DNA from: an uncultured Muribaculaceae bacterium
Lineage (GTDB): Bacteria > Bacillota_I > Bacilli_A > RF39 > UBA660
Assembly (NCBI GenBank): GCA_964650315.1
Contig: CAZYQE010000004.1
Span: 14,816 to 78,815 of the forward strand
Direction of reading: 5' to 3'
Length of the DNA stretch: 64,000 bases
The position numbers and the translations under genes were made by a program. Below are positions 10,690 through 20,285 of the stretch, one piece after another (the first letter of the stretch is position 1; each line of letters begins with the position of its first letter). The notes under the pieces were generated by a model. It saw only the letters and a list, made by a program, of their open reading frames with translations, ran no database searches and was not told the DNA's origin.

Positions 10690-11130
10690 CTATTTTATTA
10701 TGTGTACTTTTATGGTTGCTTTTATCTTTGAATATAAATTAATATCTACATCATGAAATCCTAACGAAGATAAAGCTCTTTTTAAATCTATTTGATTTTT
10801 TTCTATATTATATTTTTTTTCTTTTAAAGCATCTTTTATTTGCTTACTGCTGATGCTTCCAAAAACTTTATCCCCTTTTCCAGTTTTAACTTTAAATTCT
10901 AAAACTGTTTTATCTAATTCTTTTTTTAGTTTTTCTGCATTTTCTTTCTTAGTTGATTCCTCTTGAGCTTTTTTAGCTTTTTCTTTTTCTAATTTCTTTA
11001 AATTTTCTTTATTTTTTATTACAGCATAACCATTTTTTATTAAAAAGTTTTCTGCATATCCATCTTTTACTTTCTTTATATCGCCTTTTTTACCTTGGTT
11101 TCTTAAATCTTTTATAAAGATTACTTCCAT
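10690..11130 (-). CDS. rplI: 50S ribosomal protein L9
   Basis: MEVIFIKDLRNQGKKGDIKKVKDGYAENFL matches the L9 N-terminus. Start trimmed to the internal Met (the ORF track has a 7-codon N-terminal extension). Confidence 0.85.
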   Translation of the reverse strand: MEVIFIKDLRNQGKKGDIKKVKDGYAENFLIKNGYAVIKNKENLKKLEKEKAKKAQEESTKKENAEKLKKELDKTVLEFKVKTGKGDKVFGSISSKQIKDALKEKKYNIEKNQIDLKRALSSLGFHDVDINLYSKIKATIKVHIIK

Positions 11131-11131
11131 A

Positions 11132-12118
11132 TTATTCACCTTCTTTAGCAATATAGTCTTTAATCATCTTCTCCACTTTACTTATAGTAGTGTTTTCAAA
11201 TCTAGCTGCTCCTTCTGTTTCGTCTCCTCCACCACCAAATTTTTCTAGTAATTTTATAATATTATAGTTTCCTAAACTTCTAGCACTTAGTCCTACAGTG
11301 TTTTTTCCAACTTTTCCTATTACAAAAGCTGCTTCTATATCATTGAAGAATAGTAATGTATCAGCTACCTTAGCTAGATCTTCTCTTCTATAAATGGTAT
11401 TAGCTCCTGCTTTAGTAAAAGCAATCTTTTTGTTTATTTTATCTATACCAGTCATTAATTTTTGTCGTTCTTTATACTCTTCAATATCTTGTTTTAATAA
11501 GTATTGAACTTTTTTAGCACTCGCTCCTAGGCTTGCTAGATAAAAAGCTGAGTAATATGTATCTTTGCTTGTTTTTAAAGTAAAGTTGTTTGTATCTAGT
11601 ACTATTCCTGATAATAGTATAGTTGCATAATATGAATCTATATCTAAATCATAGTGTTCTATTAATTTTGTAATCATTTCACAAGTACTTGAAGATTCTG
11701 TATCATTTATAATATCAGCATCTTTTATAGTTGTTTTACCCATGTCGTGATGATCTATTACTAGTTTCTTGTCTATTTTCTTTAGAACTTCTTTATTTTG
11801 TACTAAATCTGTTTTATTTGTATCTAACACAATTAGTAAATTCTTTGAATCTTTAGGATTTATTACTTTTTCTATGTTTTCGCTTTTAATTACGTTAATA
11901 CATCCTTCTAATTCTTTTAATACCTTTTCTACGCCAAGTTCATGCTCTTCATCGTCTATAATTATATAACAATCTTTATTTTTCTTTTTAAGAAGCAAGC
12001 TTAATCCAACACAACTTCCTAAAGCATCTAAATCTAGGTCTTTATGCCCCATTAAAAAGATTGTTTTAGCATGTCTAATTGCTTTATTAAATTTCTTTTT
12101 TTCTTTTAAAATAGCCAT
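11132..12118 (-). CDS. DHH/DHHA1 family phosphoesterase (NrnA/GdpP-like catalytic module only)
   Basis: DHH motif (HKDLDLDALGS) and a glycine-rich DHHA1-like region; 328 aa. Occupies the gdpP (yybT) position upstream of rplI but lacks the TM, PAS and GGDEF domains. Confidence 0.7.
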   Translation of the reverse strand: MAILKEKKKFNKAIRHAKTIFLMGHKDLDLDALGSCVGLSLLLKKKNKDCYIIIDDEEHELGVEKVLKELEGCINVIKSENIEKVINPKDSKNLLIVLDTNKTDLVQNKEVLKKIDKKLVIDHHDMGKTTIKDADIINDTESSSTCEMITKLIEHYDLDIDSYYATILLSGIVLDTNNFTLKTSKDTYYSAFYLASLGASAKKVQYLLKQDIEEYKERQKLMTGIDKINKKIAFTKAGANTIYRREDLAKVADTLLFFNDIEAAFVIGKVGKNTVGLSARSLGNYNIIKLLEKFGGGGDETEGAARFENTTISKVEKMIKDYIAKEGE

Positions 12119-12199
12119 ATTTTCCTCCTAGTATTCCTCTTCATTATTATATAATAATTATTGCTTTTTGTAAAATAAAAAGAGCCCTGTATAGTCTCT

Positions 12200-12418
12200 T
12201 TATTTTGTATAAGGCATTAAAGCAATTGCTCTTGCTCTTTTAATTGTTTTTGATACTTCTCTTTGATGACGTGCACATGTACCTGTTGCCCTTCTTGATA
12301 AGATTTTTCCTTTTTCATTTACAAATTTCTTTAAAATTTCTGGATTTTTATAATCAAGTTCAACTCTGCCTGCGCACATTAAACATATTTTTCTTCTTCT
12401 ACGACCAAATTCTGCCAT
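12200..12418 (-). CDS. rpsR: 30S ribosomal protein S18
   Basis: [32 protein letters not shown] matches the S18 core. Confidence 0.9.
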   Translation of the reverse strand: MAEFGRRRRKICLMCAGRVELDYKNPEILKKFVNEKGKILSRRATGTCARHQREVSKTIKRARAIALMPYTK

Positions 12419-12433
12419 TTAAATTCCTCCTTT

Positions 12434-12907
12434 TTAGAATGGTAATTCATCATCACTAATTTCAATACTAGAACCAAAATCAGCAAATGGATTACTTTCT
12501 ACATCTGTACCTTTTGGTTCTTCTTTATCTCCAAAATCGTAAGGTGTAGGTTCTTCATTGTCTTTCTTAGTATTAGAGTTGTTAGCAGAATTTTTAGAAC
12601 CTAAAAACTCAACATTATCAGCAACTACTTCTGTAACATATCTCTTTTGTCCTTCTTTGTCTTCATAATTTCTTGTTTGAATACGTCCATCTATAGCTAC
12701 TTGACTACCTTGTTGTAGATAGTTCTTAACATTTTCCGCTTGTTTTCTCCATACTACGATATTAATAAAATCTGCTTCTCTTTCTCCTTGGCTATTAGTA
12801 AAACTTCTATTAATAGCAATTGAAAAAGTTGCTACTGGAGTATTGCTTCCAGTATATCTTAATTCAGGATCTCTTGTTAATCTTCCTATTAAAAATACTT
12901 TATTCAT
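12434..12907 (-). CDS. ssb: Single-stranded DNA-binding protein
   Basis: OB-fold N-terminus MNKVFLIGRLTRDPELRYT, a Gly/Asn-rich linker and the acidic DDELPF tail. Confidence 0.9.
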   Translation of the reverse strand: MNKVFLIGRLTRDPELRYTGSNTPVATFSIAINRSFTNSQGEREADFINIVVWRKQAENVKNYLQQGSQVAIDGRIQTRNYEDKEGQKRYVTEVVADNVEFLGSKNSANNSNTKKDNEEPTPYDFGDKEEPKGTDVESNPFADFGSSIEISDDELPF

Positions 12908-12919
12908 ATTATATACCTC

Positions 12920-13216
12920 TTATTTTTCTTCTTCGTCTTTTTTTACAATTATATGACGTAATAGATTTTCGTTTATTTTAGCAACACGATCAAATTCATC
13001 TATAGCATTTGATTTAGCATCAACTACATATAAATAATAGTATCCAGTCTTAGCTTTGTTAATTTCATATGCTAATTCTTTTTGTCCCATTGCTTTTTCT
13101 TCTACTACTTTTGCTTTTTTATCAGTTAAAACCTTTTTCATAGCATCAGCTGTTTTCTTAATTTCAGCTTCCTCCATATCTGGTTTTACGATAAACATAA
13201 TTTCATATTGTCTCAT
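12920..13216 (-). CDS. rpsF: 30S ribosomal protein S6
   Basis: MRQYEIMFIVKPD N-terminus. The rpsF-ssb-rpsR operon order is conserved. Confidence 0.9.
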   Translation of the reverse strand: MRQYEIMFIVKPDMEEAEIKKTADAMKKVLTDKKAKVVEEKAMGQKELAYEINKAKTGYYYLYVVDAKSNAIDEFDRVAKINENLLRHIIVKKDEEEK

Positions 13217-13349
13217 ATCGCACCTCCTCTTGGACTAATGACCCATAAATAATTTATGAGTAAGGAGTATTTAAAATACTCGTATGTATTATAGCAAAAA
13301 AATTGTGTTTTGTAAATTTTATTTTATAATTATTTTTATTAATATATTT

Positions 13350-13386
13350 GAAAACATTTAAAAAGACGTTAATTATAACGTCTTTT
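13350..13386 (-). terminator. Rho-independent terminator after ychF
   Basis: Perfect hairpin AAAAGACGTTA/TAACGTCTTTT followed by a T-run on the minus strand. Confidence 0.5.
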
Positions 13387-13387
13387 C

Positions 13388-14488
13388 TTATACATTAAAT
13401 CTAAAGTGGCAGATGTCTCCATCTTGCATTAAATAGTCTTTTCCTTCAAGTCTTGCTTTTCCTGCTTCTTTTACCTTTAATTCACTTCCGCATTCTATTA
13501 AATCATCGTATGACATAACTTCTGCTCTAATAAATCCTTTTTCAAAATCTGTATGAATAATTCCAGCACATTTTTTGGCATTCATTCCTTTTTTAAATGT
13601 CCAAGCCCTGACTTCGTCTTTTCCTACTGTGAAATATGTTGCAAGTCCTAAAATATCATAAGTAGCAGTAATTAATTTATCTAAACCACTTTCTCCTAAA
13701 CCTAGTCCTTCTAACATTTCTTGTTTATCTTCTGTTGATAATTCACTTAATTCTTCTTCTATAGCTGCACAAAGACTAACTACTTTTGCATTTTCTTTAG
13801 AAGCATATTCTTTTACTTGTTTAACATAAGGATTATCCTCATTATCTATATCATCTTCAGTTACATTAGCTAAGTATATAATTGGTTTTAGCGTTAGAAA
13901 ACTATATGATTTTAATATACTTTTCTCATCTTTATCTAAATCTATTTGTCTTAATGGAATATTTTCTTCTAAAGCTTTTTTACATTTTTCTAAAGCTTCT
14001 ACTTCTATTAAATCATCTTTGTTTTTAGTAGTTCTAGCTTTTTTACCTACTTTATCTAATCTATTATTAACTATATCTAAATCTGCAATTATTAATTCTA
14101 AATTAATTGTTTCTATATCTCTTACTGGATCAATAGTTCCATCTACATGAATAATTTTGCCATCATCAAAACATCTAACTACTTCTACTATGGCATCTAC
14201 TTCTCTTATATGTGATAAGAATTTATTACCTAATCCTTCACCTTTAGAAGCTCCTTTTACTAATCCAGCTATATCTGTAAATTCATAAGCTGTTGGGATA
14301 AACCTTTTTGGTTCATACATTTCTTTTAATTTATCCATTCTTTCATCTGGTACTGTTACTACTCCTACATTTGGTTCTATTGTTGCAAAAGGATAGTTTT
14401 CTGCTAAAATTTTTTGATTAGTAATTGCATTAAATAATGTTGATTTCCCTACGTTTGGTAATCCAACGATTCCTGCTGTTAAAGCCAT
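13388..14488 (-). CDS. ychF: Redox-regulated ribosome-binding ATPase YchF
   Basis: N-terminal G1 motif [16 protein letters not shown], 366 aa, with a TGS domain at the C-terminus. Confidence 0.9.
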   Translation of the reverse strand: MALTAGIVGLPNVGKSTLFNAITNQKILAENYPFATIEPNVGVVTVPDERMDKLKEMYEPKRFIPTAYEFTDIAGLVKGASKGEGLGNKFLSHIREVDAIVEVVRCFDDGKIIHVDGTIDPVRDIETINLELIIADLDIVNNRLDKVGKKARTTKNKDDLIEVEALEKCKKALEENIPLRQIDLDKDEKSILKSYSFLTLKPIIYLANVTEDDIDNEDNPYVKQVKEYASKENAKVVSLCAAIEEELSELSTEDKQEMLEGLGLGESGLDKLITATYDILGLATYFTVGKDEVRAWTFKKGMNAKKCAGIIHTDFEKGFIRAEVMSYDDLIECGSELKVKEAGKARLEGKDYLMQDGDICHFRFNV

Positions 14489-14567
14489 AAAATCCCTCTT
14501 TTCTGTTAAATATTATAACATATTCTTTATATCAATAAAATAAAAACACCTAAAAAGGCGTTTTGTT

Positions 14568-16163
14568 TTATAATGTTGGGAATACTCCTGGACCTATTGG
14601 AAGTCCTATTATATACCATCCTACTATTAATAAAATCCATGTTGCGGCCATTATTAAGAAATATGGTCTTATTATTTTTAAAGATTTTCTTATAGTTATT
14701 GGTTTTTGTTTGTTTAAGTTATATAAGTTTAAATATCCTATATATATAACGAAGGATGCCAAAATTGGTGTAAATCCATTAGTAATAGAGTTCCCTACCC
14801 TCATTACAATTTGTGCAAATTGCGGTGAAATATTAGATTGCATAAACATTGGAACTACTACTGGTGCGAATATCATCCATTTAGTAGTAGGACTTGTTAA
14901 GAACAAGTTAGCAATCGCTATAAGTATAACTGTTGTTATAATTAATGGTATTCCACTAAAGTTTGTTATTGATAGTAAATTTGATAACCATGTTGTAATA
15001 ATAATACCTATATTAGTATGTTTATATATAGCAATAAATTGAGATACTACGAACATTAATATAAATATATAACTTACTTTATTAAAATATGCTCCTGCTT
15101 TTTCAATTAAATCTTTATCATTTCTTATTGATTTAGAACTTATAGCATATGCTATTCCTGCTAATAAGAATAATAAAGCTATCATAAAAGTAAATCCATC
15201 TTGGAAATATGATTTTTCTCCAAATAATTGAGCTAAATATGTTTTTTGATTCATATCTAATAACATACCGGAATATGGTAATCCTGGTATCAACATATAT
15301 ACAAATGCTAATATTACTATTATAGTCATTATAAATGCTGATCTTAATCCCTTTTTCTCATGTTTATCTTGTTCTATTTGTCGTTGTTCTTCTTCTTCTA
15401 GATTTATTACTCTATATTGTTCTGTTTTAGCAAATTCATCTTCTCTTTTGTATTTACCAATTTTAGGAGCAATTAATTTTTCTATTATAAATGTTCCTAC
15501 TACTGAAGTAATTATTGAAGCTGCAATTATAAATATTAGGTTTGATGTTAATGCAACGTGTATATTTTCATCTATTAATACTGCTGCTGCTCTTGTATAA
15601 TCCATTAGAGATATTTCCATAGATCCTACGAATAAAGTTACTCCGTATCCAAATGCTACACCACAGAAAGCAGTTACAATACCTAATATTGGATTCCTAT
15701 CATTCATAAAATATACTAATGCTATTAATGGTATTAATATTGCATATCCAACTTCATTTATAAGTGATGATATAGTAGCAATAAATATTATTAAAAATGT
15801 TAAAAAATACTTTGGTACTTTAGTTAAATATCTTTTTGTAAATGTTTTTATTAAGCCACTAGCTTCTGCTATAGTTAAACCTATTAAAGATATTAATAAT
15901 GTCCCAAGTGGAGCAAAACTAATAAAATTCTTAGCTGCACTACTTATTAAAAATTTCATTCCATCAAAACTTAACATATTTTCAACAGCTACTAATGTTG
16001 GTTCTAATTCATTAGTATTTGCATTAACTGTATTGTATGTAGCTTGCATTTGAAAACCTGATAACACAGCACTTAATACTATGATAAATAGTGTTAAAAA
16101 CACAAATACTGTTATTGGATGAAAATAAAACTTTTTCAATTTTAATTTTCTTTTATCATTCAT
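14568..16163 (-). CDS. AbgT-family (p-aminobenzoyl-glutamate/antimetabolite exporter type) membrane transporter
   Basis: 531 aa polytopic membrane protein. The segment KNFISFAPLGTLLISLIGLTIAEASGL matches the AbgT signature (NFSGFAPLG...AEKSGL). Confidence 0.6.
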   Translation of the reverse strand: MNDKRKLKLKKFYFHPITVFVFLTLFIIVLSAVLSGFQMQATYNTVNANTNELEPTLVAVENMLSFDGMKFLISSAAKNFISFAPLGTLLISLIGLTIAEASGLIKTFTKRYLTKVPKYFLTFLIIFIATISSLINEVGYAILIPLIALVYFMNDRNPILGIVTAFCGVAFGYGVTLFVGSMEISLMDYTRAAAVLIDENIHVALTSNLIFIIAASIITSVVGTFIIEKLIAPKIGKYKREDEFAKTEQYRVINLEEEEQRQIEQDKHEKKGLRSAFIMTIIVILAFVYMLIPGLPYSGMLLDMNQKTYLAQLFGEKSYFQDGFTFMIALLFLLAGIAYAISSKSIRNDKDLIEKAGAYFNKVSYIFILMFVVSQFIAIYKHTNIGIIITTWLSNLLSITNFSGIPLIITTVILIAIANLFLTSPTTKWMIFAPVVVPMFMQSNISPQFAQIVMRVGNSITNGFTPILASFVIYIGYLNLYNLNKQKPITIRKSLKIIRPYFLIMAATWILLIVGWYIIGLPIGPGVFPTL

Positions 16164-16166
16164 ATT

Positions 16167-16367
16167 TTAATCCTCCTGAGAAATTATTTTTTTCAGTTTT
16201 TTATTGAATTCAATACGTGGTATTAATACCGTTCTACCACAATTTAAACATTTTATTTTTATATCTGCTCCCATCCTTGTAATTTCCCATTCGTTAGTTC
16301 CACAAGGATGTGGTTTTTTCATAACTACTTTTGTTCCTAAATTATAGTTTAAATCTTTATTTTCCAT
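16167..16367 (-). CDS. DUF951 family small protein (YyzM-like)
   Basis: 66 aa carrying the MKKPHPCG...C..CGR zinc-ribbon-like signature typical of DUF951. Conserved next to parB in Firmicutes. Confidence 0.6.
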   Translation of the reverse strand: MENKDLNYNLGTKVVMKKPHPCGTNEWEITRMGADIKIKCLNCGRTVLIPRIEFNKKLKKIISQED

Positions 16368-16376
16368 ATTTTCCTC

Positions 16377-17270
16377 TTAATTATTAATATTTATATTCAT
16401 TATTTCTAGTAATCTATTTAAGTCGTTATTATTAACAAATTTTATTTCTATTTTATTAGATCTAACTTTTACTTTTGTTCCTAATTGTTCTGATAGACTA
16501 TCTTCTAAATATTTATATTCGTTACTTTTAGTATTAGTTTTGATTTTGTTTGTTCTTTCATATTTTTCTTTTGATTTTGTTAAGTCTTCTAATTGTCTTA
16601 CACTTAAGTCTTCTTTTATGATTTTATTAGCTAAAGTTCTTTGTTGTTCTTCACTATCTAGTTTACTTAATACTCTTGCATGTCCCATTGTTATTTTTTT
16701 TTCTGCTATTTTATCTTGAATATCTTTAGGTAAAGTAAGTAATCCTATCATATTAGTTATATGACTTCTACTTTTTCCTAATCTTTTAGCAAGTGTTTCT
16801 TGAGTTAATTCTAGTTGATCTAATAGTTTTTTATAAGCATTAGCTTCTTCTATAGCGCTTAAATTTTCTCTTTGTAAGTTTTCTAGTAGAGCAATTTCCA
16901 TCATTTCTTCATCAGTGAAATCTCTAATGATTGCAGGAATTTCTTCTAATCCAGCCATTTTAGAAGCTTTTACTCTTCTTTCACCAGCTATTATTTCATA
17001 TCCTTTAATACTTTTTTTAATAATAATTGGTTGAAATACACCATGTTCTTTTATCGAATCAGATAATTCTTGTAGCGCTTCTTCATCAAACACTTGTCTA
17101 GGCTGATATGGATTGCTTCTTAGATCATCTAATTTTACTGTTGTTATTTCTTCTTTTGGTGTTTCTGTTATTATTTTTTCTTCCATTTTATCATAAGCGA
17201 TTGGTTCGTTATAAAATAATTCTTCCAACCCTCTTCCTAGTGCTCTTCTCTTATTTTCCATTCTTCTCAA
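16377..17270 (-). CDS. parB: Chromosome partitioning protein ParB (Spo0J)
   Basis: ParB N-terminal domain with GERRxRA (IIAGERRVKAS), an HTH, and a C-terminal dimerisation region. Lies immediately downstream of parA with a 20-nt overlap. Confidence 0.85.
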   Translation of the reverse strand: MRRMENKRRALGRGLEELFYNEPIAYDKMEEKIITETPKEEITTVKLDDLRSNPYQPRQVFDEEALQELSDSIKEHGVFQPIIIKKSIKGYEIIAGERRVKASKMAGLEEIPAIIRDFTDEEMMEIALLENLQRENLSAIEEANAYKKLLDQLELTQETLAKRLGKSRSHITNMIGLLTLPKDIQDKIAEKKITMGHARVLSKLDSEEQQRTLANKIIKEDLSVRQLEDLTKSKEKYERTNKIKTNTKSNEYKYLEDSLSEQLGTKVKVRSNKIEIKFVNNNDLNRLLEIMNININN

Positions 17271-18036
17271 TCACTTCCTTTGCTAGATTTAAATACGCTT
17301 CAGATCCCCTACTCTTTGGATCATACGCTATTATAGGTTCTCCATGTGATGGAGCTTCTGTTAATCTAATTAATCTTGGAATTATTGTATTATATACTTT
17401 TTCTTTAAAAAACTTTCTTATATCTTCTACTACTTCAAATCCTAAGTTAGTTCTAGCATCTAACATTGTTAGTAATACTCCTTCTATATCTAAAGTAGGA
17501 TTTAATCCTTTTTGAGCAAGCATTATTGTTTTTAATAATTGAGTAATTCCCTCTAATGCAAAGAATTCGCATTGTACTGGAATTATCACTGAATTTGATG
17601 CTGTCAAAGCATTTGTAGTTAATACTTCTAACGATGGCGGACAGTCAATAATAACAAAATCATAATTATCTTTTATTGGATCTAAATTCTTTTTTAATTG
17701 TCCACCAGTAGAAAAATTAGGTTCTGTTCTGCTTTTAGCAATTAATTCAATATTTACACCTGCAAGTTGTATGTTAGCTGGTAATACGTATAAGTTTTTA
17801 TATTTTGTTTTGATCATAGCATCTTCTATTTTACATTCCCCTGTTAAAACATCATAAATACTTTTATCTATATCACCTTTATTTATTCCAACACCGGTAG
17901 TTGTGTTTCCTTGAGGATCTAAATCTATTAATAATACTTTTTTACCTAATACTGCTAATGATGCAGAAAGATTTATACTGGTAGTAGTCTTACCTACTCC
18001 ACCTTTTTGGTTTACTAAAGAGATAACCTTTCCCAT
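17251..18036 (-). CDS. parA: Chromosome partitioning ATPase ParA (Soj)
   Basis: Deviant Walker A motif NQKGGVGKTTTSINL; 261 aa. Confidence 0.9.
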   Translation of the reverse strand: MGKVISLVNQKGGVGKTTTSINLSASLAVLGKKVLLIDLDPQGNTTTGVGINKGDIDKSIYDVLTGECKIEDAMIKTKYKNLYVLPANIQLAGVNIELIAKSRTEPNFSTGGQLKKNLDPIKDNYDFVIIDCPPSLEVLTTNALTASNSVIIPVQCEFFALEGITQLLKTIMLAQKGLNPTLDIEGVLLTMLDARTNLGFEVVEDIRKFFKEKVYNTIIPRLIRLTEAPSHGEPIIAYDPKSRGSEAYLNLAKEVIEKNGK

Positions 18037-18128
18037 CTAATCACCCATTTCCATTGTACTTATTATATTGTATCAAATATTAGCAATTTTTTAAATGTTT
18101 TTATGAAAAAAAGTAGATTTTATCTACT

Positions 18129-19562
18129 TTATTCTTCGTCTTGTTTTTCTATTTTAATAATTATTTGATATGATTTATTGAAATTCATTTCTTCTATATC
18201 TGTTGGTAAGTCATGCTCGTTTAATTCTTGTACTAGATGTCTTGCTTTTTCTACGGCTGTTTGTATTGTATATTTTCCATCAACTGTATCAATTTCTACT
18301 GGTTGATGTTTTTCTTCTGTTGGTGTTTCTGTTTCTACTTCTGCTGGTTTTTCTTCATCTGGTTCTTCAGAATCTTCTGTTGGTACAGTGTCTTCTTCTA
18401 TAGATGGTTCTGTTGGTAAATCAATTGACACCAAATCAGGTGTTTTAAAATAATCTCCTGATTCATCAGATTCTTTTTGTTCATCTGTTTTAACTATACT
18501 TTCTGCTGGAGTAATAAATTCTCCTTGTTCTTCTTTTTTTGTGTTATTATCTGATGGAATATTAAGTAAATTATCTAAATCAGACTTATTTTCTTTCTTT
18601 TTATCTGTATTTAAATTAATATCAGTAGCTGATGATTTTATTTCATTTATATCTGCTGTTGTTTTTGTTTCTGGTAATTCAGCTGGTTGTATATCTGGTT
18701 CATCAGAATCTTCATCATCATCTATTTCTCCAAAATTAATAAATTTTGAGCCTTCATCTTCTGATCCTTCAGGAGGAGCTACTACTATTTTTCCAGACTC
18801 AGAATCCTCTTCATTTATATCTGCTGCTGGTTTTAGTGGATCATTATTTACAAAATCATTACTTGATGCTTCTTTTTCAGAATCTGGTTTTTGTATTTCT
18901 TGATCTTCAACGTTAACAATTTCCCCTACTGATTTTTCTTTGGGATATAATTCTTTTATTGTTTTTTCTAATTTACGAACAGGCATTCTTTCTTCAATTA
19001 CTTGATTTAATAATTCTTTTTGTTTATCTGCATCTGGTACATTCAATAATGCTCTTGCATGTCTTTCAGATATATTTTCTTTTAATACTGCTTCTTGTAC
19101 TTCTTCTGGCAATGATAATAATCTTACTTTATTTGCAACTGCAGATTGACTTTTACCCATTGTTTTAGCTAGTTCTTCTTGTGTCATTTCATCTAATTCT
19201 AATATTTTTTGATAAGTTCTGGCTTCTTCTATAGCATTTAAATTCTTTCTTTGTAAATTTTCAAGTAAAGCTACTTTAGATGATTCTTTGTCATCTAAAT
19301 CTCTAATTATAGCAGGTATTTTTGTAAGACCAGCCATAGCGGCTGCTTTATATCTTCTCTCACCAGCTATTATTTCATACTTATCATTTACACTTCTTAC
19401 TATAATTGGTTGTATAACACCATGTTCTTTGATTGATACAGCTAATTCATTTAAAGCTCTTTCATCAAAAACTTCTCTGGGTTGAAATCTATTTGGAATG
19501 ATATCATCTAAATATAGATAGATAACATCATCTTTTTCTTTGTCGCTCATTGTATCACCCAC
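18129..19562 (-). CDS. ParB/Noc-family paralogue (noc position) with a long acidic low-complexity C-terminal extension
   Basis: The N-terminal ~220 aa form a complete ParB fold (GERRYKAA, HTH). These are followed by ~250 aa rich in E, D, S, P, T and K before a short C-terminal domain. Sits between rsmG and parA, as noc does in Bacilli. Confidence 0.75.
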   Translation of the reverse strand: MGDTMSDKEKDDVIYLYLDDIIPNRFQPREVFDERALNELAVSIKEHGVIQPIIVRSVNDKYEIIAGERRYKAAAMAGLTKIPAIIRDLDDKESSKVALLENLQRKNLNAIEEARTYQKILELDEMTQEELAKTMGKSQSAVANKVRLLSLPEEVQEAVLKENISERHARALLNVPDADKQKELLNQVIEERMPVRKLEKTIKELYPKEKSVGEIVNVEDQEIQKPDSEKEASSNDFVNNDPLKPAADINEEDSESGKIVVAPPEGSEDEGSKFINFGEIDDDEDSDEPDIQPAELPETKTTADINEIKSSATDINLNTDKKKENKSDLDNLLNIPSDNNTKKEEQGEFITPAESIVKTDEQKESDESGDYFKTPDLVSIDLPTEPSIEEDTVPTEDSEEPDEEKPAEVETETPTEEKHQPVEIDTVDGKYTIQTAVEKARHLVQELNEHDLPTDIEEMNFNKSYQIIIKIEKQDEE

Positions 19563-19610
19563 TTTATATTCTCTTATGTTATATTATAGACTAAATTAGT
19601 CTTTTTTTCA

Positions 19611-19640
19611 ATAAAAAAAGAATTCAAATTAGAAATTCTT
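19611..19640 (-). terminator. Rho-independent terminator after rsmG
   Basis: Hairpin AGAATT-N9-AATTCT followed by a T-run on the minus strand. Confidence 0.45.
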
Positions 19641-20285
19641 TTATTTGTTTTTTATTACTACTAAGCTTCTTAAACTTTTTTCTTTTGGTAATAAGAATTT
19701 ATCTACTTTTTCTAGTTTGTATTTACTATTTATTTTAGAAAAAACTTCTTTTGTTAATTCCTTATCTATATTACCTTTCATAGCAATAAATACTCCATTG
19801 TCTTTAACTAAATGCATAGTATATGTTAATAATTTTTCTATATTAGCAACCGCTCTAGCTGTTACTACATCATATTTTTCTTTATGATCTTCTCCTCTTA
19901 CATGCGTTGCTTCTATATTTTCTAATTCTAATTCTTTTATTATTTCATTTAAGTACTTAACTCTTTTTAATATTGCGTCTATTAAAGTTACTTTTAAGTT
20001 AGGATATACTATTTTTAATACTATTCCAGGAAATCCTGCTCCTGTACCTACATCACATAATGTATCTACTTTATTTAAATCAACTACTTTAGCAATAGTT
20101 AAACTATCATAAAAATGTTTTAAATATACTTCTTCTTCAGTTATTATTCTTGTTAAATTTATTTTTTTATTCCATTCGACTAATAAATTATAAAACTTAT
20201 CTAATTTTTCTAATTTTTCTTTTGATAATTCTATATTTATTTTTTTTAATTCTTCTATAAATTCTTCTTTATTCATTTTTATCAT
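19641..20285 (-). CDS. rsmG: 16S rRNA (guanine527-N7)-methyltransferase RsmG (GidB)
   Basis: SAM-binding motif [10 protein letters not shown]; 214 aa. Synteny is mnmG-rsmG. Confidence 0.85.
   Translation of the reverse strand: MIKMNKEEFIEELKKINIELSKEKLEKLDKFYNLLVEWNKKINLTRIITEEEVYLKHFYDSLTIAKVVDLNKVDTLCDVGTGAGFPGIVLKIVYPNLKVTLIDAILKRVKYLNEIIKELELENIEATHVRGEDHKEKYDVVTARAVANIEKLLTYTMHLVKDNGVFIAMKGNIDKELTKEVFSKINSKYKLEKVDKFLLPKEKSLRSLVVIKNK

Noticed and set aside
14563-15042. 159-aa plus-strand ORF, plus many other 60-180 aa antisense ORFs in the track (e.g. 298-507, 592-846, 946-1194, 8195-8521, 18203-18419, 18541-18903, 46617-47045, 50928-51224, 51766-52068, 59391-59933, 63620-63964).
   Set aside because: All lie entirely inside well-supported genes on the opposite strand and have no RBS. 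They have the low-complexity Leu/Phe/Ile/Ser-rich composition expected from reading AT-rich coding DNA in the wrong frame.
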